This document shows positions 12,930 through 25,715 of a stretch of 64,000 nt of DNA, piece by piece. Location of the stretch: NCBI GenBank assembly GCA_964106915.2, contig OZ066925.1. The stretch is one strand, 5' to 3'. Origin of the DNA: Podarcis gaigeae. Taxonomy: Eukaryota. Below the pieces are notes generated by a model that saw only the letters and a program-made list of their open reading frames with translations, was not told the origin of the DNA and ran no database searches. The position numbers and the translations under genes were made by a program. The first letter of the stretch is position 1; every line of letters begins with the position of its first letter.

Positions 12930-13355
12930 TAGGGATAGGCAAACCTGTCCATTTCTATTTCTCTCAGATTCTCATTTTTCCATCCTTAAATTCAGTTCCA
13001 CAGTTTCCCACAACAGTTTGCATTTTTTTTAAAAAAAAAGTCTTCATGAAAATTCATCAGCATTTTAGTGTGAATTTCTCCTAATACACACATTTTTTTG
13101 CAAAGTAATTTAATCTATTATGGTGCATTCTTGTAATTTTCACCAATATATGTATTTTTAGCCATACTTAGTCCTAGTATATGTAATTTTTGTACACACT
13201 GCTTGGCTGGAGAACTGTGCTGTAAAATTAGGAGAGGTGCAAATCACAAAGGATGGCTGCATTTCAGTTTTGTATTTTGTATTGTATTGGAAAGTGCCAA
13301 ATAGGTAGGTTTGCCTTTAAATGTAAATGGAATTGGATTTCTTCCTCCATCTTTA
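12930..13355. mobile_element. Degenerate hAT-like element (TAGGGATG termini)
   Basis: Colinear similarity to 34457-34998; termini TAGGGAT ... CCATCTTTA; TSD not preserved. Confidence 0.6.
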
Positions 13356-14844
13356 GATACCACAGAGGTTCCATGAGGAGGGAAAAGTGGGTTATAAACT
13401 GTACTAAAAGAATATGACAAGCATCAGCATGTGTAATGACAAACGTTCTGGAAAACTGCTGGCAGAATATATAAAGCCACTCACATTTATTCTGCATGCT
13501 TTCTCCTGCCCATGCAGAATTGCTTATGAAGAGGCCTTCACTCTTGCAAATTCTACTGAATGTTTATTGGGCACTGTTTATATATGAATACTCTTGAATG
13601 GAGGTGGAGCAGCAGTTTGACTTGCCAAAGCCCTGTCCCGCTTGATCTCATTGATAATGGAGCCGAGTGAATAATCTGGAAATCATTTATGTCAATAGCC
13701 TGTTTCTCTGCCTGTGCAGTATTTGTCATTACACCACAGTTTCCACAGATTTATTCATTTTTTTCCTGTTGTCTTTAAATTTATTGGACTTTCAGGCCAT
13801 AAATATTTCAGATGTATGTTGTCTGATTTACAGTTTGATCCAAGTCAATGGGGCTACATTGGCCGAAATCCAAGTTCTTTGGCTTAATTGGGCCGCGAAT
13901 TGAACTGCCCATTTTTATTGGACAGGCTTGTCAATTGGCACTCACCGGTTTCATGATTGCATGGAAACGTAAGGCGCGCAAGTACATTTTGCAGTGTGCG
14001 CCTGTGTATGTGTGTGTTTGTGGGGGAAAGAGAGAGAATTTAAACTTTTATGCCTCCAAATAAATTCTTTTGTATTCCTTTCATTGTCTCCTGATCTTCT
14101 GAGAGTGAGAATTAGCTGTCAACTTTCACTCGGTATTTAAATCAGTGTGTTTATCTCCGCAGACTTGTTTATTTCCACTGGAGACAAATTGATGTCACAG
14201 CTGGTCTTGCTTGTTTGAAAACCCCTTGGTGCTGAGAGCTGCCGAACCAATTTTACCTATTTCTAGAGCATGTCAGGAAATGGAATACTTATAGCCTTAG
14301 TAATTTCCAAGCAGCTACCAAGTTTGGCTGCTGAAGGAATCACAGGAATTATGCCACATCACAAAGTTGCCCATTCTTGCTGAATCCTTAAGCCTACCTT
14401 GCATGTTTTGAAAAGGCTGTGTTGTTAGTCGCAGAGAAGGGAGACTTGTCATGTTTTATGCTTGTGTTTCATCCCCTCCTGGCGATTAAACAAATGACTC
14501 TAAAAGCTACTGAAGCCATGTCCACATCAGAGGAAATTTGAGAACCTCATGCAGACTCTGCCAGAGTAGGACTAGAGTGGGATGCGTCTTCAGATGTAAT
14601 GCAGTTCTAACCATGATGCATTGTAACATCTGAACCAACCTCATCCTCCAACAAATAATGATTTGCCATCAGGCCAGGATTTAAGACGTGGTTGAAATCT
14701 CGTTTGCAAACCATACTTTGGGCAAAATCATAGCTTGATATTGCATTTGAACTAATCAAACTTTATGATCTGTGGGGCAGTTTAAGCCTTTCTATAGCTC
14801 TCCCTCTTCCTCCTAAAATGTATGGACCATGAGGACAGCAAGTA

Positions 14845-15195
14845 AAAGGTAAAGGGACCCCTGACCATTAAGTCCAGTCGTGGCCGACTCTGGGGTTGCG
14901 GCGCTCATCTCGCTTTATTGGCCGAGGGAGCCTGCATACAGCTTCCGGGTCATGTGGCTAGCATGACTAAGCTGCTTCTGGCGAACCAGAGTAGCACACG
15001 GAAACGCTGTTTACCTGCCCGCCGGAGTGATACCTATTTATCTACTTGCACTTTGACGTGCTTTCGAGCTGCTAGGTTGGCAGGAGCAGGGACCGAACAA
15101 CGGGAGCTCATCCCATCATGGGGATTTGAACCGCCGACCTTCTGTTTGGCAAGTCCTAGGCTCTGTGGTTTAACCCACAGCACCACCCGCGTCCC
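14845..15195 (-). mobile_element. Full-length Sauria SINE (subfamily 1)
   Basis: Minus strand begins GGGACGCGGGTGGTGCTGTGGGTTAAACC (tRNA head) and ends in a TTTACCTTT tail; 13-bp TSD AGGACAGCAAGTA at 14832-14844 and 15196-15208. Confidence 0.9.
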
Positions 15196-15260
15196 AGGAC
15201 AGCAAGTAGTTGACTGTAATTCACAGGCTGAAGGAGCAAGCCTTTATAGGATGTAGCCTA

Positions 15261-15616
15261 AAGGTAAAGGTACCCTGCCCGTACGGGCCAGTCTTGACAG
15301 ACTCTGGGGTTGGTGCGCCCATCTCAAGAGGCCGGGGGCCAGCGCTGTCCGGAGACACTTCCGGGTCACGTGGCCAGCGTGACACCGCTGCTCTGGTGAG
15401 CCAGAGCCGCACACGGAAACGCCGTTTACCTTCCCGCTGGTAAGCGGTCCCTATTTATCTACTTGCACCCGGAGGTGCTTTCGAACTGCTAGGTTGGCAG
15501 GCGCTGGGACCGAGCAGCGGGAGCGCACCCTGCCGCAGGGATTCGAACCGCCAACCTTTCGATCGGCAAGTCCTAGGCGCTGAGGCTTTAACCCACAGCG
15601 CCACCTGCGTCCCGCC
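15261..15616 (-). mobile_element. Full-length Sauria SINE (subfamily 2)
   Basis: Same architecture with a diagnostic GTACCCTGCCCGTACGGGCC 3' variant; 13-bp TSD AGGATGTAGCCTA at 15248-15260 and 15617-15629. Confidence 0.9.
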
Positions 15617-16534
15617 AGGATGTAGCCTACCTGTGTCCTAAAACTATTTGTTCATTGTAAAAGGGAGCCAATAGGCTGCTTCATGGATTAGCAAGTCTTC
15701 ATTCTCCTAGTTGAACCATACACACATTTATGGCACCAGGCAACTATGGGCTGAGTGAGATCCAGCTGTTCAGCCTCACTCCCTTGCCTCTGAGGACCTT
15801 TGTGGGAGCTTGGTGGCAACAGCCAGCAAAGGAAGACTGGTCTCCATCATGGGCTGAGAAAAATTCAGCTGTCCAGCTCCATCCTTGAAGGACCTCAGGG
15901 GGAGCTGCTGACTGATATGACACTTGGAAAGGACAAGGGCATATATGGATCCTGTAATTTCTGTTCCTGTGCTAGATTGGAGTGTAGTTTTATTTTGAGA
16001 ATCTTTTGTAAATAGCTTTCACAGCTAGAAAGCAGAATAACAGTATCCTGTGGTATGATCTTTGCATTTAATACCTAAATAGATTTGGTGAGCACTTTTG
16101 AAGCTCAGTTGTAACCCCTACAACATGGTAACCTTCTTTATGAACCCCAAATGGAATTGTTTCTAGAGGCTGGTTTTATGCCTAACTCCTCTTGCTTTTA
16201 CATCTGCTTTGAAGAGAATAAACTTGCCACATTTCCCCTGCCTTAGAGCACAGCTATGTAGTTTACAATGCAGCTGATCGTGACTTTTCCCCCTCTGCCC
16301 TTTCCTCTTTTTCTACCCTGTGCCTCACTGAACTGTTTGGCAAGGAGTTTCCTGTGCACATTTGCTTTGTGGCTGGCTAAACACATGCAACTATCACCAC
16401 AAACAAGATGAAGTGTTGTGTTTGCTACTGGAATCATCTAAACTGTGTACACACTATATACCTTTAGAGCACACTCAAAGCACGTTCTTTCCCTCTAAGA
16501 ATTCTGGGTACTGTTAAGAGTTGCTGGGAATTGC

Positions 16535-17200
16535 TAGTGCAGAGAGCGGAGGCTAGTCTGCTTGTGGGGGCAAACTACCACCAGCTTTTAACCCTCTGCT
16601 TGCAGGATTTGCACTGGCTGCAAATCTGCAACCAGGTCAAGTCAGTACTAGCCTATAAATCCCTATACAGCCCAGGACCAGAACACTCTGGTTTGTGGGA
16701 GAGTTTCTCTTGCAAGTTCCAAAAATCTCAGAAGCCTGTGACTGCCTCTGCTCTGTGGAATCACATTCCTTTCAAGGTACAACAGGTATCCAGAGGACTG
16801 GCAGTTGAAATCAATGGAATATGCCAAATTGGCAAGTTTAACAAGTAAAATTAGAAATCAAGCTGAGGCAAAATTTAAGGAGAATTGGAAAATGTTTGTA
16901 GATTATTAAAAAAAAAATTGCAAGTAGCCTTAGAGTAAAAACAGCAGTAAAATTAAAATTTGAAAATATTGTGGAGAAGATAAGGCATATAATAACCATA
17001 ATGTGCAACATTATTTGGTAAATTAGGGAAACCATGGAGGTGGGGGTAGTCTAAAGCCAAGTGATTGTAAACTGGAAAATGTTAAAAATTCTTTTGAAAT
17101 ATATAAATAATATATTTTTTAAAAATGCAGCAGGCATCCACTATCTGTACTTTTCAGAAATAACCAATACATTTTTGTTCTAACAGGCTTTCCCAGCTGG
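16535..17200 (+). mobile_element. L2-clade LINE 3' fragment (interrupted)
   Basis: Translation QRAEASLLVG..LQDLHWLQI..KSVLAYKSL..PGP..ALWNHIP resembles the L2 ORF2 C-terminus (QNAAARLL/LHWLP/LWNSLP); resumes after ~17128. Confidence 0.65.
16793..17125 (+). mobile_element. L1-like LINE 3' end nested in L2
   Basis: Translation EYAKLASLTSKIRNQ..KFKENWKMFVDY* resembles the L1-like fragment at 24.7-25.2 kb; flanked by CAACAGGTATCCA / CAGCAGGCATCCA. Confidence 0.6.
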
Positions 17201-17329
17201 ATAAATGTGTCTTTACCACACTTGTTAGAGTTTTTGTTTTGTTTTAAACATATTTGTTGCTTTTAACTGTTTTAAATTATCTTATATGTAAATATAAATT
17301 TATATAGAGATGGTGGTTTAGAAGGCAAT

Positions 17330-17745
17330 TAATTATTATTATTATTCTATATTTATTTATTCCCTGATGTTTCCCCTGACGGGATTCAAGGCAACTTACA
17401 GAGAAACATCAGGCATTAAAATACAATTAGACACTGACAGAATTAAAAATATATACACATATAAAATCTATTAAAACCATACCAATAATTACAATAGGAA
17501 CATCATGGCACCATCCTATTCAATTCCCAAAGGCTTATAGAACAAGAGAGACAGTAAAGAGAGAGCCAATCTAGCTTCTTTAGGGAGGGAGTTCCGAAGT
17601 CTAGGAGCAGCCACTGAGAAGGTCCTCACAATACGTGCCTGTGAGGGTGGTGGGACTGAGAGAAGGGCCTCCCCCAGAGATCTCAAAACCCAGGTTTGGA
17701 TGAGGGAATACAGTCTTTCAGATAGCTTGGACCTAAGCTGCATAA
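17330..17745 (-). mobile_element. L2-clade LINE 3' fragment
   Basis: ORF 17516-17743: LRSLGEALLSVPPPSQAR..RTFSVAAPRLRNSLPKEARLA; (TAA/TAAA)n-type tail. Confidence 0.75.
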
Positions 17746-19299
17746 TAAACCAATGATAGTTTTTCTACTTTATTAACAAAGTGGGTTTTGGTTTTTTTAA
17801 GTACAAAACTTTTTCGAGGTTTTGGAGAAGGTGTCCTAGCGACATCACTGGTGCTGGCCAATCAGTGCCATGCTTCTGCTGTGAAATTGATGTTTCCTTC
17901 TCCCTGCTACCCCAAGGCTTAACCCTGGAGGAGAATAAGTATATTTGAAGTGAATTGTGTTGAGGCTGCCATATGGCTCTATACATGCTTCATCCTTCTC
18001 CCCAAATTTCTAGTTCTGGCTTGCTTCTGAATATGGCATCAGCATTCATACAACTGGCTCCACATGTGGCAGCACATACATGACACACCTAAAAGCCACA
18101 TGCACACCATGTGTAACCACATGCACACGGGGTCATTTGCTCAGGCTCTTGTTTCAACAGAATGTGGTTGGGATTGCAGTGTTTAGTAACACATGCTTGG
18201 ATCTTTAATCTTGGATCTTTATACCTTTCAGACATTCTTACGTGTTTATGCACTAGTTAAGTAGAATAAATTCTACTGATATATACAGAAAGTTTAATTT
18301 TATTTGTCTCAACAATATAGGAGCATTAACTGGACTTATTGTGAGCAGCTAAACGTTAATTTAGGAGAAGAAGAGATCATTAGCTCTACTTCAAGGAGGA
18401 ACATTACAGTTTAATGAGAATTAAAATTTTGCAGTGCATAGGAGCATATTGCCTCAAGCAAGGCATGTTGCAAGCACAGTATTACAAATAGCTATTTAAA
18501 ATTAATGCCCCGATACTATCACACATTGCTAAATTATCCATAGTGATTTTATGCTGTCTTTGTAGGTAAAATGTATACTCAGGTCACACTGGACATTAAC
18601 GAATGCTTTTAAGACATGGGCACTTAGATCTTAAACACACTAATTGAAAATCCCATTGAAATCAATGTGACTTACTTACAGGCAATGTGGCTAGGTCTGA
18701 GGTTACTGTCAGTAATCTATAAATTACATGAGAGTCAGGCTATTTGATTTAAGTCTATTTAGTTCCACTGAATGCTTGAATTCCTTAGACCAGTCTTCCA
18801 CCACCTGTGGCCTTCTATATGATGTTGGACTACATCTCCCATCATCCCTGGCCATTGGCTATGGTAGCTTGGACTAATGTCATCTGCAGTTCAAAACATC
18901 TGGACAGCACCAGGTTAGATCCTCCATTGCTCCACAATCTTAACTTTGATTCATGCACACACCCAGACAGACCACTGGAGATGACAGTAAAGGGGCCATG
19001 AAGCTGCTCTGGGCATTTCTTATTACTCATCTCCAACTCAAAATTCTCTCAGGATTAGGAGACAGAATATTCCTGATGGCATCTAGGTGGTATAAACTGA
19101 GGAAACACTCTTGCAGCTTCCAGTGACAGCAGGATACTCCTGGTGGTCTATGCTGACTCCTGGTTGTCCATGTGGCAGACTTGATATTATGGGTTCTACA
19201 GTGTGCACATGGCTGGCTAGTCAGAGAGAATGTGGGATGATCTCCTTTATTTCTTTTTAATTTACTACCTGCCCTTCACCCTGGGTATCTCAACCTCTA

Positions 19300-19457
19300 A
19301 TGAAGTGACACAGAGTCTGAAGATCTTAAGGGGGCCCCCTGTCTCCAGTGCTACTTTGGAAACCTCCAGCTTCTCTGGTGAAGCAACAAAAGGCCCATCT
19401 GCAACAGAGGACCGGGAGGGACCCTGGCTCACCTGGATGAGGATGATGATGATGATG
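19300..19457 (+). mobile_element. Possible RTE-type LINE 3' end
   Basis: ...ATEDREGPW motif followed by a (GAT)n tail. Confidence 0.4.
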
Positions 19458-20078
19458 CACATACCGCTTACTTGCCAAAATGGTTTCTAAGTGGTTTACA
19501 AATAAAAAGTGGATAAAAATATAAAACTGTAGCAGCTCCTTCACCTGTGCAATTGGAGGGAGAAGTTGAACATCCCCTCTGCCCCAGGGATAACCAGTGT
19601 CAGAAAGTGCAGGCGCAGGCAGTCCATTGTTGATGGAAGGCACACTTCAAGACCCAAAAGAACCAGGATCCTCGTGGCGGACAAGATGCAAATGGGAAGG
19701 CTGAAAACGGGGGGTGAGCGCAACAGTATTCTGCCCACCTGCGATTTCTAGCAACACTTATTCAAAGATGTATTGACTTCTCCAGAGATCCATGCAAAGT
19801 GCAGCTCTATTGCATTTCTAGTCCCAGTCCTGTTCCAAAGGCAATATTCAGAGGCCAGCCATGATCAGAAGCCATGTAGTCTTGCTGTGAGGTTCCTGAG
19901 TGGAGAAGAGACCTAGGGCCAACCTGACAAGCACAAGAGGGCACCCCGCTTCAGTCCATGTGCAGAAGCCAACTAGAGACAGGTGGGTGGATCTCATTTC
20001 ACCTCTGGCAATGGGGCAGTGTCTTTCACCACAACCAAGAGCAGCAGGCTAGCTCAGGGCGACACAGAGCAGGCCAGC

Positions 20079-20080
<2 letters not shown>

Positions 20081-20112
<32 letters not shown>
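20081..20112. repeat. (AC)n microsatellite
   Basis: Seen directly. Confidence 0.95.
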
Positions 20113-20114
<2 letters not shown>

Positions 20115-20739
20115 CTGTCCTCTAACATAAGGGTGGGTAAGCTGTCACCCTCCTGATGTTGCTGAACTGCAACATCCCTCCTGACCATTGGCTGTGCTGG
20201 CTGTGGCTGATGGGAGTCAGGGCCCAACGACATCTGGAGGGCCACCTGCTTTAACACCTTGATGCCGCTCCCCCAGGGCATCTACCGCCTGAGGCAGCTG
20301 CCTAACTGCATCATGGTAGGGCTGGTCCTAAGAGCCGTGGTGCTGTCGGCCCCACTTCCTTTAATCTTTTAAGGTTGGGTTATTTGTGCTGTGGTGCATG
20401 CAACAACCCAGTCTGCAAAGAGGGCAGTTTGTACGGGGCTCAAAATGATGTTGAATCCAAAGGCAAAGTCTTGTCAATTTCAAACTGGGAGCAATTGCTG
20501 CTGAAGTCTTGGTGGAAAAGCTGACTTGAATCCCACCCTTCTGGCCCCCTCCTGCCTCTCCTGTCACCCTTTCCCCCTCCCTTTGGGGCACTGCTATATA
20601 CTTGGGCACAGAACCATGACACAAATTTGCATATGCTAATTTACAAATGCCTCTGGGCAAATGGAGGTGCTGGGTGGGTGGATCCTCCCAAACACCATGC
20701 TTTGCCATGTGCCCAGATGCCCTGCAAGCAGATGAAAAA

Positions 20740-20741
<2 letters not shown>

Positions 20742-20773
<32 letters not shown>
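20742..20773. repeat. (TTA)n microsatellite
   Basis: Seen directly; explains the poly-N and poly-Y ORFs. Confidence 0.95.
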
Positions 20774-21784
20774 GAAGAGAGAGCATGGGGGCTTTCACAA
20801 AAGATCTGGGGCTGTAGCTTTCTCCCTCTTGCTGTGAAAGAGAGAAAAACAGACAAGTGGTTTCCTCACCCTTTTCCTGGAGCTTAATTAGCTCCTCTGC
20901 GTGAGTCCCCATTGTGCAAGCTGAATGCTGCGGCAGGCAGGAGGAAGGGAAGGGAAGGGAAGGGAAGGGTGCCGTATCATCATTGAGGTCAGACCTGCTG
21001 TCCAATATAGTGGCCCGAGAGTTGCAGAGACACATATCAGGCAGCACACAGAACTGCAAAGGCTCTAATTGCATGTACATATACATTTAAAGCACATAAC
21101 TCCCTGCCCCCCAAATACTGCGAACTATAGTTTACCCTCACAGAACTACAATTCCCAGCAACCTTAATAAGCTACAGTTCCCAGGATTCTCTGGAGAAAG
21201 TCATGCTTTTTTTGGATGTATGATATGGATCTGCCCTCTTCTGGGAAAATGCGTTTTCTCTCTCTTACTCTAGCTTATAAGGCAGAGAAGATGGACCTTT
21301 TTTCTGTTGTGATGTATTTTATCAGGGGGCTAATGTGTTGAATGCTGCCTGTGGCCAGAGTTGACTGAAGCCAAAGCCAGAGCTGCAAGTTGGCTCCCAC
21401 TTCTCTCTTTCTTGGTCTTGGTCTTTCTCCCCCACCTGTCTTCTCTCTCTCTTCCACCCTCTCACCCTCCCCAATTTCTCCCCTACTTGCCAACTGCATG
21501 AAAGTAGGCCTAGGTGCACTGTAATATACTCTCCATAACAGCTGTACATGCAGATAAACTTACAATGTGCTGCTATCATAAGACAATACTTCAATCTGTC
21601 TTTGATGTAAGCATCTTTTTAGTCAACTGAGCAGCAAATTAGCCATGGTGCTCCCCTGAGACAAGAACAGTTTGGAGGGAGTGTCTCCCAATGGGTCTGT
21701 TGTCATAAAACTGCAGATTCTCCCACAGAACAGGGTCCTCCTTGTTGCTCTCCCCACTTTCACAGGACATACGTTGGTCCTTCT

Positions 21785-21905
21785 TAAGAATTCAAGAAGA
21801 GCCCTGTTGAATTGGGCCAAAGGCTGTCTAGTTCAGCATCATGTTCTCACAGTGGCCAACCAGACGCCCACGGGAATCCCGCAAAGGAACCTGAGTGCAA
21901 CAACA
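21785..21905 (-). mobile_element. CR1-like 3' UTR fragment
   Basis: Similar to 32400-32690 (CAG..GCC..GGGAA.CC.GCAAG..GGAC.TGAG). Confidence 0.5.
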
Positions 21906-22334
21906 TTTTACTCCATTAATAAATCTTCCTTCACAGGCATCTGTGGTAACATTAAACAACTCTAAAACATTTTCCATAGTTTGCGCCTACAATTCTAAGA
22001 TGCATTCAGAAGTAGTGACCCCAGTTCAAAGTAGAACCTGAATTCCAAAAAAGCTAGATGAATAGGACTATGGCAAGCATTGACTGGAGGACGATGGTAT
22101 TATTTCAAAGCCTGCTCGTAACCAATATTCTTTACGCTGTTTTACTCATCACTGCTGCTCATCCAGAAGGGTCCAGCTTTCTTCCATAGGCAAGATGTCT
22201 GAATTTACTCAAATGTCATTTACTGTTCCACCTTCTCATCAAGGACAGCAGAGTGGCTGACATAGTTGCTCATAAGAAATCCAGCTTCCTCTTGTCATGG
22301 TAGCCTATCAGATGCCCTGGAAAGCCACAAAGCA

Positions 22335-22772
22335 GGACCTGTATGTCCAACGTGCGGCCTGAGGGCCACATACAGCCCTCAAGGCCTTTTTTGGTGGGCC
22401 TTGGCAACATTTGATGCCCTCGTGGTGCCTTCCCAAAGCTGGGCAAGTGTGCTGGGGTTTGGGGAGGAGGCGTGTGGGCTCTGACAGGGTTCCACAGTTT
22501 AAAGCCTCTTCCCAAAGCCTAGTTAGCACTTTCCTAGCTTGGGGAAGGAGCTAGGAGGGCTCTAGGACCATGCCAGAGCCTTCCACCTGCTTCCCAAAGC
22601 CCAGTGCCTCACTTAGGTGGCTTTGGGAAGGCAGTGTGAGGCCTGGGGGGTGGGGCGTCACATTTTGATCTTACTCCCCAGTCCCTGCACAACAAGGCAG
22701 TGTGCGCACCCTGAGGGGTCTGTGTCAAAGTGCCCTTGCGGGCCACTTGGTATGAAAAGTTGGTCTGCCCTA
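22335..22772. mobile_element. Degenerate hAT-like element with internal TTCCCAAAGC repeats
   Basis: CCAACGTGCGGCC..GGGCCAC left end, AAAGTTGGTCTGCCCTA right end; TTCCCAAAGC in both orientations. Confidence 0.45.
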
Positions 22773-23604
22773 CTAAGTGAGCCTTAGCAGCCTGTGCTAC
22801 TGGACTTAAGGTATATCACTAAACACATGGGGACAAAGAAGGAGTGTGGTGGCTATTGAAAGGGGAAGAAGCAAAGAAACTAATGCATGCTGGTCACAGA
22901 GGACATGTCCTTCATGTGTACAGGTGGCAATGATTTAACACCTGCTCATGCTGTCTGCAGAGTGTTCGTGTATGGACACTTGCAAAGCAATGTCTACAAG
23001 AAGTGCTTTTTGAAAACCCCAAACCACAGCGCTTCAAAGGCTGAAGTGTGTACACAGCAACATTCTCTTCTGTGCCGGGATCTAATGCCACATACAGACT
23101 GTTTAGCATAATTGGTTAATCCAGGACTGTCCTTCAACCTTCCCCCTTTCTGTCCTCGTGGTATCGTGAATAAAGAAAAAAGGGTCAAGCCAGAGTTATA
23201 TGCTGTTTTCCCCTTTGGGTTAAACCTGGTCCATAACTTTGGTTTAACGTTGGTTCAGGATTTAATTAGAGCACACCAGGCACCAGCAGTTGTGCCCTAA
23301 ATCATCTTATCACCATCTAGCTACTTAATCTTATAAAATGATTAGCATCTTATTACAGTTCTTTATTAAATATTGATGCCAAAGGTTTTCCATTCAGCAT
23401 TTGCAAATCCTTTTAGTCAATTAACAGTGGAACAAAAAGCATTCCATTACGTGCAAGAGCTACTGTAATTATGTTTATTTTGTACATTAGTACAGTGTGT
23501 TTAAAATATGTATGTTTGTGTTTGTGTGCAAATGAATATACATATGTAACTAAATGGGTACCATGAGCAAGCCCCAATTTTCTTCACTTACAGATATATT
23601 CACT

Positions 23605-23607
<3 letters not shown>

Positions 23608-23652
<45 letters not shown>
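23608..23652. repeat. (AT)n microsatellite
   Basis: Seen directly. Confidence 0.95.
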
Positions 23653-23655
<3 letters not shown>

Positions 23656-23924
23656 TGCTTATTGTCTTTCTTACGTATTTCTAAGGCACTTTCCTGGGAA
23701 AGGTTTTGAACAGCTCATACATTTTCATCTCTGCACTAATCCCAGTATAGCAATAAAAATACAGACATGATTAAAAGTCAATAGTAGAATAATTGCTGGT
23801 TGGATATGGTTCATGTTGTTCACAAGACAATTTTTGGCCCAGTTGTTATTGTTGTTTTATCTGCACCCCATGTGTGTGTGTGTACACCCACCCCCACCCA
23901 CTCTTTTCAACTGAGGACAAAACT

Positions 23925-24025
23925 TCATGTATCCAATAGAGTGAGCTATTCCATGAAACCTTACGCCACAATAGATCTTGTTAGTCCTCAAGACATAACA
24001 AAACTGTTTTTTGTGTTTGCTGTAA
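23925..24025 (+). mobile_element. Degraded Penelope-like pLTR remnant
   Basis: CCATGAAACCTTACGCCACAATAGATCTTGTTAGTC resembles the recalled squamate Penelope motif CCACGAAAGCTTATGCCACAATAAA..GTTAGTCTTTAAGGTGC. Confidence 0.45.
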
Positions 24026-24689
24026 TGGGTGAATGTAATGGATTTTTTTCGTGACCACCACTGGAAAGCTTTCTATAGATGTGTTTATACATGCACGGAC
24101 AGAATTATTTCCCTCTTCCATTGATGGAAATAACTGTGCTAATCTAAGCAGCTAATTAGCAGCGGTAATTAATTCCTCTTAGTAATGGAAATGCATTCTG
24201 TGTGTCTTTATATGGCATGTATGTTTCTTAGTGATCCCAGCGGCTGCCAGCTCCAGATTTGGGGGGGGCCCTTGTGTCAGATGCCTTCAATGGACGCCTC
24301 CCTCCACTCTCTGTCCGCCATCATCTTATCTCTCTCCCTCTTTCTGGGTCCAATTCCCACTGAAATCTAAGGGGAAAGGGCAAGTGAGTGCCCTTTGCCT
24401 GGTTCCCATCATTCATTGTGCTATCCCTTAAGGACAGAAGGAGAGAGCTGCTAAGCAAGCAGTAATGGCAAGTGGAGCAGCAACAAGGCTCTCATGATCA
24501 GGCGGTGGGGAGTCCTGCTCAGTAGTAGGTGCCAGCAAAGCTAACTACTGATGCTGGCCTTGAATGCAACAGCCCCTGTGCCCTGACAGCAAAAAACACA
24601 GGTTTTTCCATGGATGTTTACTGGGTTCCATACTTTTTATCTGAGGCCACTTAAGGTTGATACCAGGGTGTGTGTGTGTGTGTGTGTGT

Positions 24690-25160
24690 ATACAATTTTT
24701 ATTAAATTTTCTGTTTTACAATTTGAAATACTCCTTTTTACATCCTTAAGATATCAATGATTTCCCTTCTTCTCTTTCCATGGTTCATTTTACATATCAT
24801 AAGTCCCTGCATATTTTACAAAAACTCTACCATTCAGTATTCCATTATTACATCCATCAAAACATATTTACACTGTTGAATTTATCTTAATGCTGCCAAC
24901 GTTTCCAGCTGTACACAGTTATTTCTCATATATTCAATAACCATTTTCCAATCTTCTCCAAATGTATGTTCTTCTTGTTCTCTTATCCTATAAGTTAAGT
25001 CTGTAAAGCTGTGCATATTCTGTCAACTTAAGTTGCCGTTCTTCTTTGGTTGGGACCTCAATCGTTTTCCAATTTTGGGCTAACAAAACACGGGCCACAG
25101 TAGTGGCATACATAAACAACCTTTTTTGATGCCTGGGAATTTCATCTGAATTATCCCCTC
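24690..25160 (-). mobile_element. L1-like LINE 3' fragment
   Basis: Minus-strand translation EIPRHQKRLFMYATTVARVLLAQNWKTIEVPTKEE..EDWKMVIEY, typical of the non-mammalian L1 ORF2 C-terminus; AATAAA near its 3' end, then a (CA)n tract. Confidence 0.7.
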
Positions 25161-25540
25161 TGGTTTTTTGGTGGCTTCAGCCCTGGCACAAAACAACCCT
25201 GCAAGTAATAGATGAAACAGTGTTCAATGGGCTATTTTACTCCTTTCTAAATTTCCCCCCACTGGAAAACTTTGACAACCACAACATGTCATCCATTGAT
25301 TTGTTCAATGATTTAAAATGTCTTGATAGACTAAAAAAGAATTGCTCCTTATATGTGAGAGAGGAGGCAATGATTGAGATGATCCTTGTTTGTGTGACAC
25401 ATGCATGAATAAATATGTATAGGACTGCATAACTAAAACACACATATGTGTTTAAAATAAATAAATTCAAGCCACCTTTAAGGACAAATCCTTGCAAGGC
25501 CTCTCAAGAGTTAAAATATGATCACCATTTCAAAATACCT

Positions 25541-25715
25541 AAGGTAAAGGTACCCCTGCCTGTATGGGCCAGTCGTGTCCGACTCTGGGGTTGCGCGCCC
25601 ATCTCGCTTAAGAGGCCAGGGGGCAGCGCTGTCCGAAGACACTTCCGGGTCACGTGGCCAGCGTGACAAGCTGCATCTGGCGAGCCAGTGCAGCACACGG
25701 AAACGCCGTTTACCT
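25541..25715 (-). mobile_element. 5'-truncated Sauria SINE (subfamily 2)
   Basis: Matches 15261-15430; TACCTAA on both sides. Confidence 0.85.

Noticed and set aside
20361-21086. 241-aa minus-strand ORF
   Set aside because: Runs through microsatellites (poly-N, PFPS repeats); no homology recognised.
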